A stretch of 64,000 bases of DNA, from contig OX442314.1 in assembly GCA_949358305.1 (NCBI GenBank), forward strand, positions 14,012,001-14,076,000, written 5' to 3'. Positions 12,797 to 26,257 of the stretch are shown piece after piece (the stretch's first letter is position 1; every line of letters starts with the position of its first letter). The notes beneath the pieces were generated by a model, which saw only the letters and a list, made by a program, of their open reading frames with translations, was not told the origin of the DNA and made no database searches. The translations under genes were made by a program, and so were the position numbers. This DNA is from Strigamia acuminata (Eukaryota).

Positions 12797-13320
12797 TTCT
12801 AGCACATTTATGCAATTATCAATTGGGCAACTCATAGTGCGACCTAAATTGTTCTAGCACATTTAGCTTCCGATGACCGCTTACCCGAATTACTCAAACT
12901 TCTTGACGAGGCTTTCGTCGAGGCTTTGAGTGATGCAATTTTAACGTCTTTGGAAAATGATATTGATAATCGAAGGACTAAACAACGTATCAGTGATGAT
13001 TCCGTTCTTATATTAATTCAAATCGTTAAATCTTGGGACAAGTTTGGGACCGAGGAAAATGAAGAAACGGACGAGGAAGAGGAAACTGTACCGGACAAAA
13101 CGACAGATAGTGAACCCGATAATTATAACGCTATTGAAAATGGTAAAAAAATGATAGATTTTTTTATAAGACACAGAACAACACCTGTAATGTATTACGA
13201 GAAGTAAATAAAGTATGCTCAACCAAGATGTATCAAAGATTATTTCACTTCTTACGCATGCGCAGTAAGTAAAAATACATGCACGTACAGATAAACGCAC
13301 CACAATCAATGCCCATTGAC

Positions 13321-14248
13321 CAATCACACTTTTTGTTGAATACTTTATTCCCTTCTGAAATTAACAAATACGATACAAAAAAAAAACATTTGTAAATGCA
13401 CAGGGCTGGTGAGAGACAAAATGACACCACAAACAAACACCTAAAGAATGCATAAGAATTCATGAGAATGCATGAGGCGAACGTCTAATACCTATCCTAA
13501 AACTTTAGCCTAACCACATTGGCAGTGGCTTCCACCACCTGTGCATAGCAGCAGCTCCCTGTAAGTACAATAGCTTTTAATTATATCAAAACAAAATATA
13601 CATATTATAAATGTTGTTTCATTGCCAGTAAAAATTTAAACCTAATAATAACAAGAACTTAAGTATAATCTTAAACTCCCACAACAGTGCAAAACCAAGT
13701 GAAAGAGACTTGAGGCACAACAATCCCACTTTTTGTTGAATATCGTACTGCCTCAAATAAACGCCCGGGCGTTCATAATTTTTTCGGCACTGTCCCCCTG
13801 CACTTAACCAAAAAATGGTAATGTTTAGTAAAAATCGGTGATTTTTTGGAGACCTTGGAGCTTATTCCGCGTTTTTGAACCCGGCGTTAAAACGAGGCAG
13901 TACGGTACTTTATTTCCTTCTGGAAATAATGAATACGACACAAAAAAAACACTTGTAAGTACACAGGGCTGCTGAGAAACAAAATGACACCACAAAAATA
14001 AAAGGCGCGTGTCTAACACCTAAAACTTAGCCTAACCACATTGACGGTGGCTTCCACCATCTGTGCTTAGCAGCGGCTCTTTTAGGTACAATAACTTTTA
14101 ACTTTATCAAAAAAAAAAAATACATATTTTAAATGTTGTTTAATTGCCAGTAAAAATATAAATGTAATAATAACAAAATTTAAGATATAATAACAAAATC
14201 TAAGATATAATCTGAAAAACCCAGTGAAAAAACTTGAGGAACAACAAT
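13321..14248. repeat. tandem direct duplication of ~400 bp downstream of Dicer B
   Basis: Unit 1 is 13321-13720 and unit 2 is 13721-~14248 (includes a MITE). Shared blocks cactttttgttgaata, aaaatgacaccaca, ttagcctaaccacatt and acttgagg.acaacaat; each unit has a minus-strand AATAAA. Confidence 0.8.
13743..13905. mobile_element. Tc2/pogo-like MITE (163 bp)
   Basis: TIR (C/T)CGTACTGCCTC…AACGCC; TA TSD at 13741-42 and 13906-07; empty site in the sister repeat at ~13341. A related terminus starts at 8107. Confidence 0.85.
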
Positions 14249-14411
14249 ATTAAACTACCACAGCAATCCAAATCCAATGAAAAGCATTGTTAAGTAGCTG
14301 ATCCATCATTATGACAAATACTGCATCAGTGATGAAATAGTTTCAGAACGGTAGATCAGCCACTTATCAATGCCCGTCAAAGACAATCAAGAATAATAAA
14401 ACGAATAAACT

Positions 14412-17400
14412 CTATAAAACCATAGGTTCAACATCACCGACTTCCTCCACCTCGATGTCATCCATCTCAAATATATCATCCAAAGTGAGAGGTTTTTGTT
14501 CCCCAAGTGATTTCGGATCCAAGCCACCGAGGCTCTTCAAATTATTGCTACTCTTCTTCACAAATCGCAGAATAAGTTTCGCGACGTTTATTTTAGCTTG
14601 TCTCGCATTCGCTCCCACTCCGTGGAACGTTTTCGCAGCTAATCGTACAGTTACAACATACTTCTGCGGTTCGTCTTCATCCTTTTTGGCTTCTGGTACT
14701 GCTTTGCTGCAGTCCAAAAAAATAACACCGCATGATGAAAACTACAGATTCATTTCATTACCTTTAAGTACCTGAATTTAATGTCGGGGAACATCTCGTA
14801 CACTTCTCTTACGGGGGCCTTGGGTGTGTTTATCGTGTACTCTTCTGCAATATGAATAAAAATTGTTATAACTTTTCAATACAGTCCAACCCCATTACAG
14901 CAAATCGTTCATTCAGATTCTTAAATTTGAATGAATTTCAATGTTACACGGGTGAGGTATTGCCGCATTTGTGGGTTTTCGCTTTTACAGGGTTAGACAA
15001 TATAAGAAATAATAACAAACTAACTAATAATCGGTTCCATCATTCTGAAATAAACTCTCCAGACTGCGTCCAAACTGCATCCACTATCCAAATAAATAGC
15101 TCCGGCTACAGATTCGAATACATCACCCAAAGCTTTGGGCACTTCAACTTCCTCCTCATCTAAACACTCATTTTCTTCATATAACAGCTGAAAATAAAGA
15201 GAAAATGTAAACTAAAATAAACCAAATTCAGACAACTTTATTTAAGCTCACCGCAACATTTATTTTATCTCTATCCACCAATGCCAGAAATTTATTTATG
15301 GCATTAAACAAACTTGGGCTTCTAGCATTCAAACGATGATGAAAATGAGACTGCACAGCTAATTTGGCAAAAGTGATGTTATTAACCAAAGCCGACCTCA
15401 TATCAGTCAATTTCCCCGGCGGAAACTTCCTCTTGTCTTCGAATAGATGCCAGGTAATCAAATAATCTTTTTAAACAAAAAATAATTAATTCAATAAATT
15501 AAATATTTAAATTGCACATTCAATTAACCTAAAATTGCATCTCCAAGAAATTCGAGTCTCTGATAACAATCAGTCACTTGATTATTGTAATACGAAGGAT
15601 GAGTAAAGGCCTGAACAAGAAAGGACCTATCTCGAAAGGCGTAACCAATTTCCGCTTCAAAGTCCTCCAATCCCAACAGCAGTTTCTCCGGTGCGCATTT
15701 CAATGGATTGATTAAAGCCGTAGTCGGAAAATTATACGCTTTAATCTCGCTCATCCCCGACGACTCATCAATCGGCAATATCTTAAATCCAAGAAAGATG
15801 AGAAAGCGCAAAGCTGCTGCCGGTCCCGCGTACAACAAATACGCTCCAAGAATCGCCTCGACACAATCGGCGACGCTTTTGTCCGCAATCAGCTGAAACC
15901 GGGTCAAGTTTCTCACGTCCTCTTCCTTCTCCAAACGGACAGTTTCGTCTTCCCCTTTGCCGATACACTTGGTGTTCATCGTGCTAATGGCCAAAGACCA
16001 GATCTGACCGTTGTCCATCTTGCTCAAATCGTAACCGATGAAATATTTCCACGCGTGGAAGGGCATCCCAGCACCGATCAACTTGCGCTCCGATTCGGTC
16101 TTGGTCTTGAAACCAGGGGGCAACCATTGGGTCGCTGGTGAAAAAATTTCAGACTTAACCAGATTAGCTAAGCCCTCTTTCTTGGATAGACGATACAAGT
16201 GCGAATTCGACACTAAAGTCCCTCTTCCGTTGGTCAATTTGCCCTCATCGGCCGTTGGGAATTCGCTGAAGAGGTAAAGCGTCGTCGCATACTTCAAAAA
16301 TGCATCGCCCAAGAACTCCAATCTCTCCATATCAAAGCAATCGTTCGCAGCTCGCGTGGTGAGCGCATTTAGAATCACGTGTGGCTCTGGGTCCGCTTCT
16401 GCCGTATCAAACTGGATACCGTGTTCGATTTTGTAATCGAATTCCCAATTGTTTTCATTCGCAACCGATACATCCCGGCACCGCTTTTCCACATCTGACC
16501 ATTTGCTGTGAACCAAATCGCTCAAATCAAAAAATAGCGTGTCAGTCGACACCTGACCCAAAAATTCATGCGCTAACAGCAAATCGTTCAAACGGTATAT
16601 AATGCTCGGCATCATCATTGCCAGGTTGAAATGTGACGCACTAATCGGTAAAACGCAGCAAAGTTCGGGCACCAAGAACGTTTCGTGATCCATAACTACG
16701 CCATTAATCGTCATGGTCTTTTTCTTGCCCGTTTTCTCGACCTTGATCGGCAGCATGTTTAGTCCGTTGTCGGTAATCATTTTAACCGCCAGTAACGGTT
16801 GATCCATGTTTTGAATCGCCACCTTGTACTTACGGTGGTAATAATCGGCGAACGATTTATACTGAGTGCTTGAGAATGGATGCGATGGATAAATTCCACT
16901 CATAATTTTCTTCACGATAAAAAATATTCTATCGCTGATGTACAGAGGCACTACCACACTATCTGTGTACTTAGATTCTTCGTATTTAAAATGCTTCCTT
17001 TCCTCCTTGGAGGGCAGATCACCAAACTCGTGTTTATTCATTTCTTCGATTAACTGCCAATCCGGAAAGAACAAGGGTTCACTAGAGGCACCATCTATAA
17101 ACGCAATGCGCATATTAAATTTTACACATAAAAATAATAAATAAAAAAAATAAATAAACAACCAGAGCCAGCTCCAAAATAAAAGTCATCTTCTTGCAGG
17201 GCCGGATTTACCGTTTTTTTATGGCAAAAACCTGGCCCTGCGTATAAGATGTCCCATATTTGTTGTAGCTTAAGAGTCCCGTGGTACAGCAAAAGCTGTT
17301 TTATTCGGCATTGGAATAACCATAAAGCTCTAGTAAACAGAATGTTGTGGGAAAACCCCAATTCCAATTTTTATGTTTGTTTTTGTGTACAATCCTGCCC

Positions 17401-20400
17401 ACATAAAATGGTCACGCTAGTTGTAGCCAATGTAAAGTAGCGTGAAGATTTTATGCGAGCAGAATTATACATTCAAGCATTATGGACGTCGAAAACAAAT
17501 AAAAAGTGGAAAAGGGGGATCCTAATTATAAATCAAATTCAATTCATTGCCGGATAAAATAGCTTTTACTATACCTTAATTTGGCCCGGTCTTCAGGTCA
17601 CCTTTAACAAATTATTGCTTACGATTTATAATAGGAATGACGAAAAGTGTCGTATCTGCTGTCAGGGGATTAAAATCTGTTGGGAGTGAGTTGATTCGTA
17701 AAAAATCTATGAAGAATTTCCGATGAAATTGTGCCAGGTCTTCTAACTCCTGTGTTTCAAACATTAAATTCTTCTCTAGTTGCACTACTTCAACCCAGTG
17801 TTTGCCATTTTGGGTAAAAATTGGAAAGGGATGAACCTAATGTTGTATTCAAAGCCAAGATTAAAAGCTACCGGCAGAGTAAAACTTAAATGTACCTCTG
17901 GTAACGCACAAGTAGTAATTATTCCAAAACTGCGAGAACCATTTTCTGTGTCATAAATCGTTCCACCAATTTTTTCTTTAGCCCATTTGGAAAGTTTTAC
18001 ACGAATGAGATACAAATAGCAGGCAACATTTGGACGTGGACAATTTCGAAATTCTCGAGCGACCTAAAACATGAAAAGTAAAGAATATAAGCAATAATAA
18101 GCAACTCTTTGAAATAACAAACAAAATACTTGTTTTTGGTACAATTGACGTCGTTTTAAAGAACCCGGTGGTGGGCTTCCCAAGCTCACCTCCTCCTCTT
18201 CAACACTGACTAGCTGACTAGTGAATTGTGAGTAGTCTTTGCTTGTTGGAAGTAAATCGTCATTCAAAGCGCCTAGTGTAACCAATTTAAAAATAAGTTT
18301 CCTTATTGCCAGTTAGCCAACTGATTTATTTTTATTACCACACTCGTGAAGAAGTTTGCAAGCTAACATAGCTACTGATTTCTTAGCTAGCTTTACAGTT
18401 CTCATTATATCACCCTAGAAATTGAAAATGTTGGTAAAATTATTATGCTCGTTCAAAGTTTCCATTTCTATAAACGGAGTGACATCACCAAAAATTGCAA
18501 AAACCAAAACCACGATTGTAGTGGTTTATTAATAATAAACCACTACAATCGTGGTTTTGGTTTTGGTTTAGGCCGGGTTTTGGTTTCTACAATTCAAAAT
18601 GGCCACCTCGAATGTTAGATAATCGAATCAGCCTTTCAAATTCAAGTGTCAGGCGAAGCATCCACCTCCGAAAAAGTGAGTAAATTATAAATTATGTTTA
18701 AATAAGGGGGCCACAACGACAATTCGTTGATTAAATGAAAGAAAATGAGTTTTTATGGCCCATGTACTTATGCGGAATCGTGACGAACACATTCACGGTT
18801 AGGCATGTTTTTGAGGACAATTTCGGCCGTTTTATAAATAGCATAAACCGAAACTTTGAACGCACCTAATAAAATTTACTAAAACAATAAGACTTCAAGA
18901 TGCAAATTTGGCAGGCGATACAGAAAACGTAAAAGAGAGTTGCCGTTTTGGTTCAATGTTTTCATTTACAAAAATTGTACTTACTGTGATTCCTTTGCGC
19001 AGTGGGGAATTGACAGGAAGCCACAAAATACATCGAAATTCATATTTTTCTCCCACGATAGAATTCGATAAGAGAACATCAAAATCGTCCCACAAATCTG
19101 GATCGTCAGCATCAACTTCTCCATACGGTGGAGGACATTTAGGCTTAACTTTTTGAAATTTTACTCGCGGAGTCAAGCGTGTGAACTTATCTTTAGGAAG
19201 CAAAGCACAATATCTAACAAAAAATAAAAATAATTAAAAAAAAAAACATTTCCAAATATTAAAATTCATACCTATTGACTAATTGTATAGCACTAAACAT
19301 TGTTACAACAGGTCCATCTTTTCCTCTAGGATAATAAGGATCTATCTCCATATCGTAAAATCTTTCAATTTCGGTTTCAGTTGGTGGCATCCTTTCCTTG
19401 CATATTTCTTGAAGCGCCTAGATTATAGAAACAATATAAGAATAACATACAATTTCTTTTGCAAACGATACTAAAACAGGCCCAGTGCTTTTTTTGTAAC
19501 AATATACTCCGGAAGGGCACTTATACATAAACTTAAAAACAAAACATTAAAAGCAGTGTCAAATGTTGAAACAAGGGCATAAATACAAAAATAGCACTGA
19601 ATATTTTTACTTACTTCTTCAATATTGCGATACATGGAAATATTTCCACTCAGATCTTCGTAATCATTCTCTTTCACCAACATTATATAATTAGAATCAA
19701 CCGCTCGAGCTCTTCCCTTCGACTGCACATATGCTCGAAAATCTTTAGGCTCGTCAAATCGAATCACCAGATTACACGTCGGAATATCCATCCCTTCTTC
19801 GACAACTCTCGTCGCAACGAGAACGTTGCATTCTTGCTGACGGAATTTTAAAATCTTCTCCGCCTGCTTCCTCGATTTCATTTGCGCGTAATTTAACTTC
19901 GCCGGATCTGCTCCGTGACCCATAACGAATTCGGACGTGATAAAACCGTAATCATCACTGTGTTCCTTTAATTGCTGTATAAATTTATTGATGACCCAAG
20001 CAGTAGACCTTCTCTCAACGAAAATAATCGCTTTAAAGTCGTCCGTTTTCGGAGAAGTATTATCAAATTCACCTATAGCCGCTTCATCGTTCGAACTTAT
20101 ATCTCTCAACAACTCCCTCTGTCGTATCAACTCGACATTCGGCTGTACATTCGTCGGCTTGTACTTCAGAAGTGTTTCGAACAATCTCTTAACTTTATGC
20201 GCCGAGAACCGCATCATTGATTCGTACTCGCTATTGACGAATTTTGCAAAATACGCCTCAGATCGTATGACAAGCTGTTCAATAAACCTTTTAACGTTCT
20301 GAAAATACAGCATACTCTCTTCGGTGACATCGTCTTCTATTTTAACCAATTCCACGACCATTTGCTTCGCTATTGTCGCCGTGCACCACAATCCTAACTC

Positions 20401-23400
20401 TTTGACAGAAAAAATAAGATCTTTTAGCAGTCTATTGAGTTTAACAACGGGACCAATGATTGATTTAAATTCGTCTTCATCGTCGAAATCATCGTCGAAA
20501 TTCTCGTCGTCGTCGTCGTCATCATCTTCGCCGTCGGTGTTCATAACAAACTTTTCGAAATCCTTATCAGTGGGCGTTTTGGGTAGTTTGTCCAATTCGT
20601 TGTTCAACGTGATCACCAATCCATTTTTCAACGTGTCGTACGTGCTCAAATCGCTGCAACAAACGAACAGTTCCTTCGGCTTCGTTGAATAAAGCGCAGC
20701 GGCTGCGGTGCTCGTCGGAGTTTCGATTACGGAATTTAAGGTGATTTCCAGTTTCTTGATTTTTGCCACGATTTGGTTCGGTTTGCATTTCCCGTTCAGC
20801 ACTGAGGCGGTGAGACCCATCACTTTAGGTTTGTCTCTGGGGCCACATCTTGCAAAATTTTTCATCACTTGCACGATCGGGTCTCCACCAACGGCGTGAT
20901 GACATTCATCAAAAATTAACAGGTTGATTTGCGAGAGTTGTATGAAAGCCATGTTGAGAATGTTGACTAAAATTTGCGTTGTCATCACCAACACTTCATT
21001 CTTTTCAAATTCTCGTTTCCACGCGTCAATATCCCAAGCGTCCACTTTCATCGAGCCTGTGTAATGGCCAACTTGCAGTCCCGTGTGATGTCTTATGACA
21101 GTAGCTTGCTGGGCTACTAATGGCACTAAATATCATAAAAGGAATTTTGAAAGTAATTAATCAGTGAATTAATTAATTGCAGTGTACTCTGTGTGAACCG
21201 GACACAGCAAGAGCCCCAGAAAATTGTCCAGTCAGGCGAGTATATGCTCCCTCTAGTACACCACTTCTAAAACCATGTTATGCAATGTATACTCTAACCA
21301 ACTACAAGTTGGTCCTTTTTACCATTGGGCGAGCCACTTCACTTGTGTAGTGATACAAAAAATAGACCTAATCACCAGAATTGTACTTGATGTAGAGCAG
21401 TGTTAGGCACGGATGGCCACGGTAGTGTACCGCCAGTACCGGTACAGTACCGTGGCATGTACCGCGGTACTTCTTCGCAAGCTTAGTACCGAAACGTTTC
21501 CTAGTAACCCGCAGCAATTTCGGAGTTTGGGGGGCTTTAGGGGTTTTGGGAAATGGAGGGCTGTCGGCTTACGATTAGTCGTTCCCTGTCCGGGCATCAC
21601 TACGGCCAGGGCCACCGAAACCATATTGAGCCAAAAGGGCTGAAGACCCGGGGTGAAGCGCTTCCTATGTAATTTTCGTTTATGTGCAACGTATATAACT
21701 TGTTATATGGGAAGTGTGTTCTTTGGCCAGTTCATCTAGTCATTAGTTATAACGTACACTCTGGTCTGAGATAACATTGTCCTATTTCCCAATTGGTTGA
21801 GCCGGATTACAGCAAACTGTGGACTGTGCTCTACTATGCAGAAAAGTAGTTCTGTTGATTTTTAATGAATTTCAGTGTAAAAAGTGATTAGAATGATTGA
21901 TTTTATTTTTTTGTTATTAAAATATTTATTTTATTTGCTAAAATAAGCTTTTTTCCCCCTTTCAACCATTCAAACAATGTTAGCATAGTTTGTTGGTTTC
22001 TTTTGGCAGGTAAAACAAAGGTTAGTTTGTTATTGGTTGTTTTGCCTAGTTAGATTACAATTGTAGTGTTATGGGCTATTTTTTTTGTGCCACTACACCA
22101 GAGCATAGATGAAATATTGTTATGACTCGTAACAATATTTCCGGTTACCAGATCACTGTTCTCTGATGGAAAATTACAGGGAAGTGTTGGGGCATCATGA
22201 TCCACATCATGATCCACATCTGACACGGGCAAGGAAAACCTGATATTTTTAGCCCAGGATGCTTTGATGTATAAGGATGGCCTGGCTATGTCCGGACCAC
22301 ACAGAGTTCACTCTAATTGAGGAAAATAAAATTAAAATTAAAGCACCTGTTTTCGCTAGGAAAAAAGTTCGTTTGCCGCCACTAGAAAATGGTCTCTTAA
22401 TAGATTCCATCATTTCTCTTATAAGCATTACAGCAATAAATGTTTTGCCTGAACCTGTACCAAGGCAAACTACTATATTCTTCTTGACTGCTTTTTCCAG
22501 CAGTTCAACCTATGAAAAAAAAATTTAAAAAAAAAAAGGATTGAGAGAACTTGAAATAGCTCATTTAATTCATTTGAACAAAATTCGCGATCTGCATTCA
22601 AAAAGTCCTGTTTTTTGTTTTTGGATCTTTTCGATCAAGTCAGGGAAGGGGGGGGGGGGGGTTGGGCGGCCCGGGCGCACCAACAAGTGGTAAGGTGCTA
22701 ATGGAGCAAAAATCGTCTTGGAAGAGCAAAAATTAAAACTCTGGCTCCAGGTGCAAGATTTGTTTTCTGCAGCCTTGCTTTTAACATCATAAAATAAAAG
22801 CACTAAAAGCAATAACACGACTTTTTGAATATGGACCTATTATTTTAAAGAAATTAAAATTTGACAAGCAATAGCAAAGTTATGTGTCATTCGAAATCTA
22901 ATCAGAAAGATAGTTAAGGTAAAACGAACACTATCACGAAACCAAACCCAACACAAAATATCGAAACTTTTAAGAATCTCAAATTTCCAGAAACACTCTC
23001 GGCGCATTGCCGTTAAACATGTCGTGCGCATGCCCACTGCAACTAAAAATGCAGTAAATCGGTTGCCATTTTTGAAGTTAGATCCGAGACAAAAATTCTG
23101 TTTAGTTAAATTACTTTCCGAATACGTCTACTATATGTTTACATTAAAAAAAATGTCACTTTTTTATTTTTATGGTTACATTTTAACAATTTTTTAAAAC
23201 TGCCAAAAAAAACAACTGATGAGGAAAATTCACAGGTTGTTTTAGTTTCAGTTTCAGTTTCAGTTTCATTGTAATTTTTCCTTACCAAGGCTATCAGAAA
23301 ATTTTTTAAATTTCGTTAGTAAATTTTCATAACCAAATTTACACACAGATACTCTCCAAATGTTCTTCAATGCAAGAAGTCGATTATTATTATTATCATT

Positions 23401-23631
23401 ATTATTATTATTATTTTAAATGCAAAATTAAATTTTACTCAATTTCTTAATTTATTTCAAACCACACTGAGACCTAAAAATATAATAATAATGTTTGATT
23501 TTCATCAGAAAGAATGTCAGTTAATCTTAATGTGGGATTGCATCATTGGGGTCTTCACTTACGAGAAATGCACTTACTTGGTACTGCCGTGGAATAAACC
23601 CAGATTCATCGCTTGATTCTGATTCTGCCAT
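14412..23631 (-). CDS. Dcr-2: Dicer (Dicer-2-like) paralog B, complete, ~1671 aa
   Basis: Exons 23578-23631, 22347-22509, 19615-21125, 19272-19417, 18985-19213, 18339-18414, 18130-18272, 17896-18063, 17623-17836, 15529-17094, 15252-15466, 15025-15187, 14772-14844, 14412-14706 sum to 5016 nt with consistent phases. Domain order: helicase, DUF283, platform, PAZ, RNase IIIa, RNase IIIb, dsRBD (PVREVYEM…[17 protein letters not shown]). Confidence 0.93.
18500..18564. repeat. perfect ~31-bp-arm hairpin in intron 5 of Dicer B
   Basis: aaaaccaaaaccacgattgtagtggtttatt-aat-aataaaccactacaatcgtggttttggtttt; the right arm is largely missing in copy A (~4725-4772). Confidence 0.8.
21757..22105. mobile_element. 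MITE-like insertion specific to copy B, intron 2
   Basis: Copy A reads gttatgacgTAgatgaag with no insert (~8736-8752); copy B has 349 bp between two TAs, with short inverted ends ctctggt / accagag. Confidence 0.6.
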
Positions 23632-24429
23632 CTTTCTCACTGCGAGAAATTCTTTATATTGTTAAGTCTGAGAGGAAGCACGGAGACTTGACAAAGCAAA
23701 CCAACGTCGCTAGTAAACAATTCGTCCCCTCACGTGTATATAAACAAAATCACAAACCGGGAAAATCCCTTTCAGTTTCAATTTTCTGCGCTCCTGATAG
23801 GCTTCCGCGAATCATGTGATATAAACTAGCCTCCATCGAACCTCGCGAGGATAAAAAATTAGCTTACGCTTCTATCCGTGCATTCGTGTTCCTAAAGAAA
23901 TCTTCCTCTTGTTTCAAATATTAAATTTTTTCAATAATTTATCTTCAAATAATGACCGTGTGATTGTGAAGTACCTTTGTTGGAAATGGCACGCCGGTAG
24001 CAATTGAACCGGATGTGGTAATCTCCATACTATGGGGTGGCTGTTGTTATGCTTTGAGGTCGAGAATAAAAATCGAGTTACGAATCAAGTCTGGTGGTGA
24101 GTGTAGGCGAGAGCTGAGGAGGCGCGAATCGTTTCGTGATTGAAGGCCAATGTTTGTTTGAGACTTACTAAAGATTGAATATATTTTTAGAAATTGCTTA
24201 CTTGGTGTAATAGCTGAATCTGCCATATGGATTCGACAGTTTGCTGATCTCAGTCAATCCTGTGGAGGAAAAAGCTATATTAAAGGTATATTTGCTCGTA
24301 AAAACTGTAATTTCACACCGAATAGGAATTCAGGTGTTTATTTTCACCCTTGACTTTAATCAATAAAGGAAATTTAATGTTTTTCCATTTTTGTATCGCA
24401 GGTGAATTGACTGCAAAATAAAATTCAAA

Positions 24430-25363
24430 ATGGCCAGGGAACCTGTGATCCTGAACGTGTACGATATGGTATGTAATTATTATGAAATAATTGGTTTTTC
24501 TGTTTGTATTTTCATTTTGTTTTTTTTTAGAATTGGATCAACGATTTATACGTCGCAAACGTGTTGGGTATTGGGGTTTATCACTCCGGCATTGAAATTT
24601 ACGGCGCAGGTGTGTAAACAAATATAATTTTTTATTTTTATTTTATTTTTGCTTTAATTTCCTGAATAGAGTACGCCTACGGAGGACACCCGTATCCATT
24701 TACTGGAATTTTTGAAATTGCTCCTCGTGATGCTGAAGACCTGGGCGACCAATTTAAATTCAAGTGAATTTCGGATTCAAATTCGCGTTGAAAGAAATTA
24801 AAACTGTTCTAATTGTTTCAGGCAGTCCATTCACTTGGGATATACAGATTTTACCGAGTTGGACGTTAGGAAAATTGTGATTGAAGCTGGAAAAGAATTT
24901 CGGGGGGATAAATATCATTTGATGAATAAGAATTGCAACCATTTTTCGTCTATGTTAGCTCAAGTACGTTTTTCTCCCAAGTTTGTGAATATCTCAATGT
25001 CATGAATCCATTTTCAATGGCGGTAAACAAATTATGTTGCGAAATTGAAGGATGAAAATCGCACCAGCTGTCATGACATGAGTAATTCAATTTGAATCAC
25101 TGTTTACTATATCTGAAGATAACAAAAGAGAATTTCGTTATTTTATCACTTAAATATTAAACAATTTTTTTTTGCAGATTTTAAGCGGAAGAGAGATCCC
25201 AACGTGGGTTAATCGTCTTGCACATTTTAGTTCCTGTGTTCCGTTTTTACAACGCTGTTTACCTCAGGAATGGTTGACACCAGTGGCTTTGCAGGCGTCG
25301 CTCATGGGCAATATACCAACAGACGACAGCACACCCTCCAATTCGAGTAGTAGCAGTACTTAG
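24430..25363 (+). CDS. DESI2: PPPDE-family desumoylating/deubiquitinating isopeptidase (DeSI-2)
   Basis: Exons 24430-24468, 24531-24609, 24670-24763, 24822-24963, 25178-25363. Reads [13 protein letters not shown]…[29 protein letters not shown]…[12 protein letters not shown]…IPTWVNRLA; catalytic His and Cys present. Confidence 0.95.
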
Positions 25364-26257
25364 AACTTATGAAGATATTGTTTTAGAAAAATAATGATGT
25401 TCGATCATTAAGGTAAAAAATTTAAATACAAAAAACCTGTGGCCTTTGCTCAATGGAGTTGTCGCAACTGCATAGGGCGTTAAAACATGATTCACTACTT
25501 GTAATCATGGTTCGTTGAATATAAATACTTTTTTTTAACATAACTTATTTTTAATAATGTGTGTGTTTTTCAAGTTTCCTGTCACATTCCTACTTGAGTT
25601 CGAATTTGTTTCGTAGGTTTTACAAGAACTTTTGATTTCACACACCAAAAACAGAACTGTGATTAACCAGATGAAACGGTAGATAAACATTTTTTGATAT
25701 TTTAAAGGTGCTTCCAGTTTTTTTTGGCTCCTGTGAAACTTAGTCAAGATCTAGATGGAATTATTTTTTTTTTAAGCAAATTTGTCTTTGATATATTATA
25801 TTTTTTATTACTCATATGAATTGGGTGTTTTCTTACTATAGAAATGTAACCGAATAGAAAATTGGTCAGTATTAAGTTAAAAATGGTAAAAACAATTTCT
25901 GTATAAAGATATAAAAAAAGAAATAAAATTTAACCGAGCAATGATCATCTCATAACTATAGTCGCTGCATTTTTTAGCTAATTTACACCTAGAAAGTGTC
26001 CAATTTACGTCAAAGATGACTTTGAAAAATACCAAGTGTTTCTAACACTGAAAAAACCTCTGAGAAACGGCCAAATAAAAAAGAATTAGGAAAACTTTCC
26101 CAAAATAATTTTTTTGTTGATTATTTAAGGGTGTGAATAGGGATAAGCCACAATAGAATACATTAAACGATATAAAATTGGTCAGATTACATTATTTATG
26201 CGTTGAAAACATCATTCAGTGTATAAAAAACCAAAAAATAAAATTTAACCCAAGTGA

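Noticed and set aside
1063..23973. Dicer duplication as a pure assembly artefact
   Set aside because: The copies differ by many substitutions, several independent MITE insertions and unique flanks at a defined breakpoint. Disfavoured, though only read depth can exclude it.
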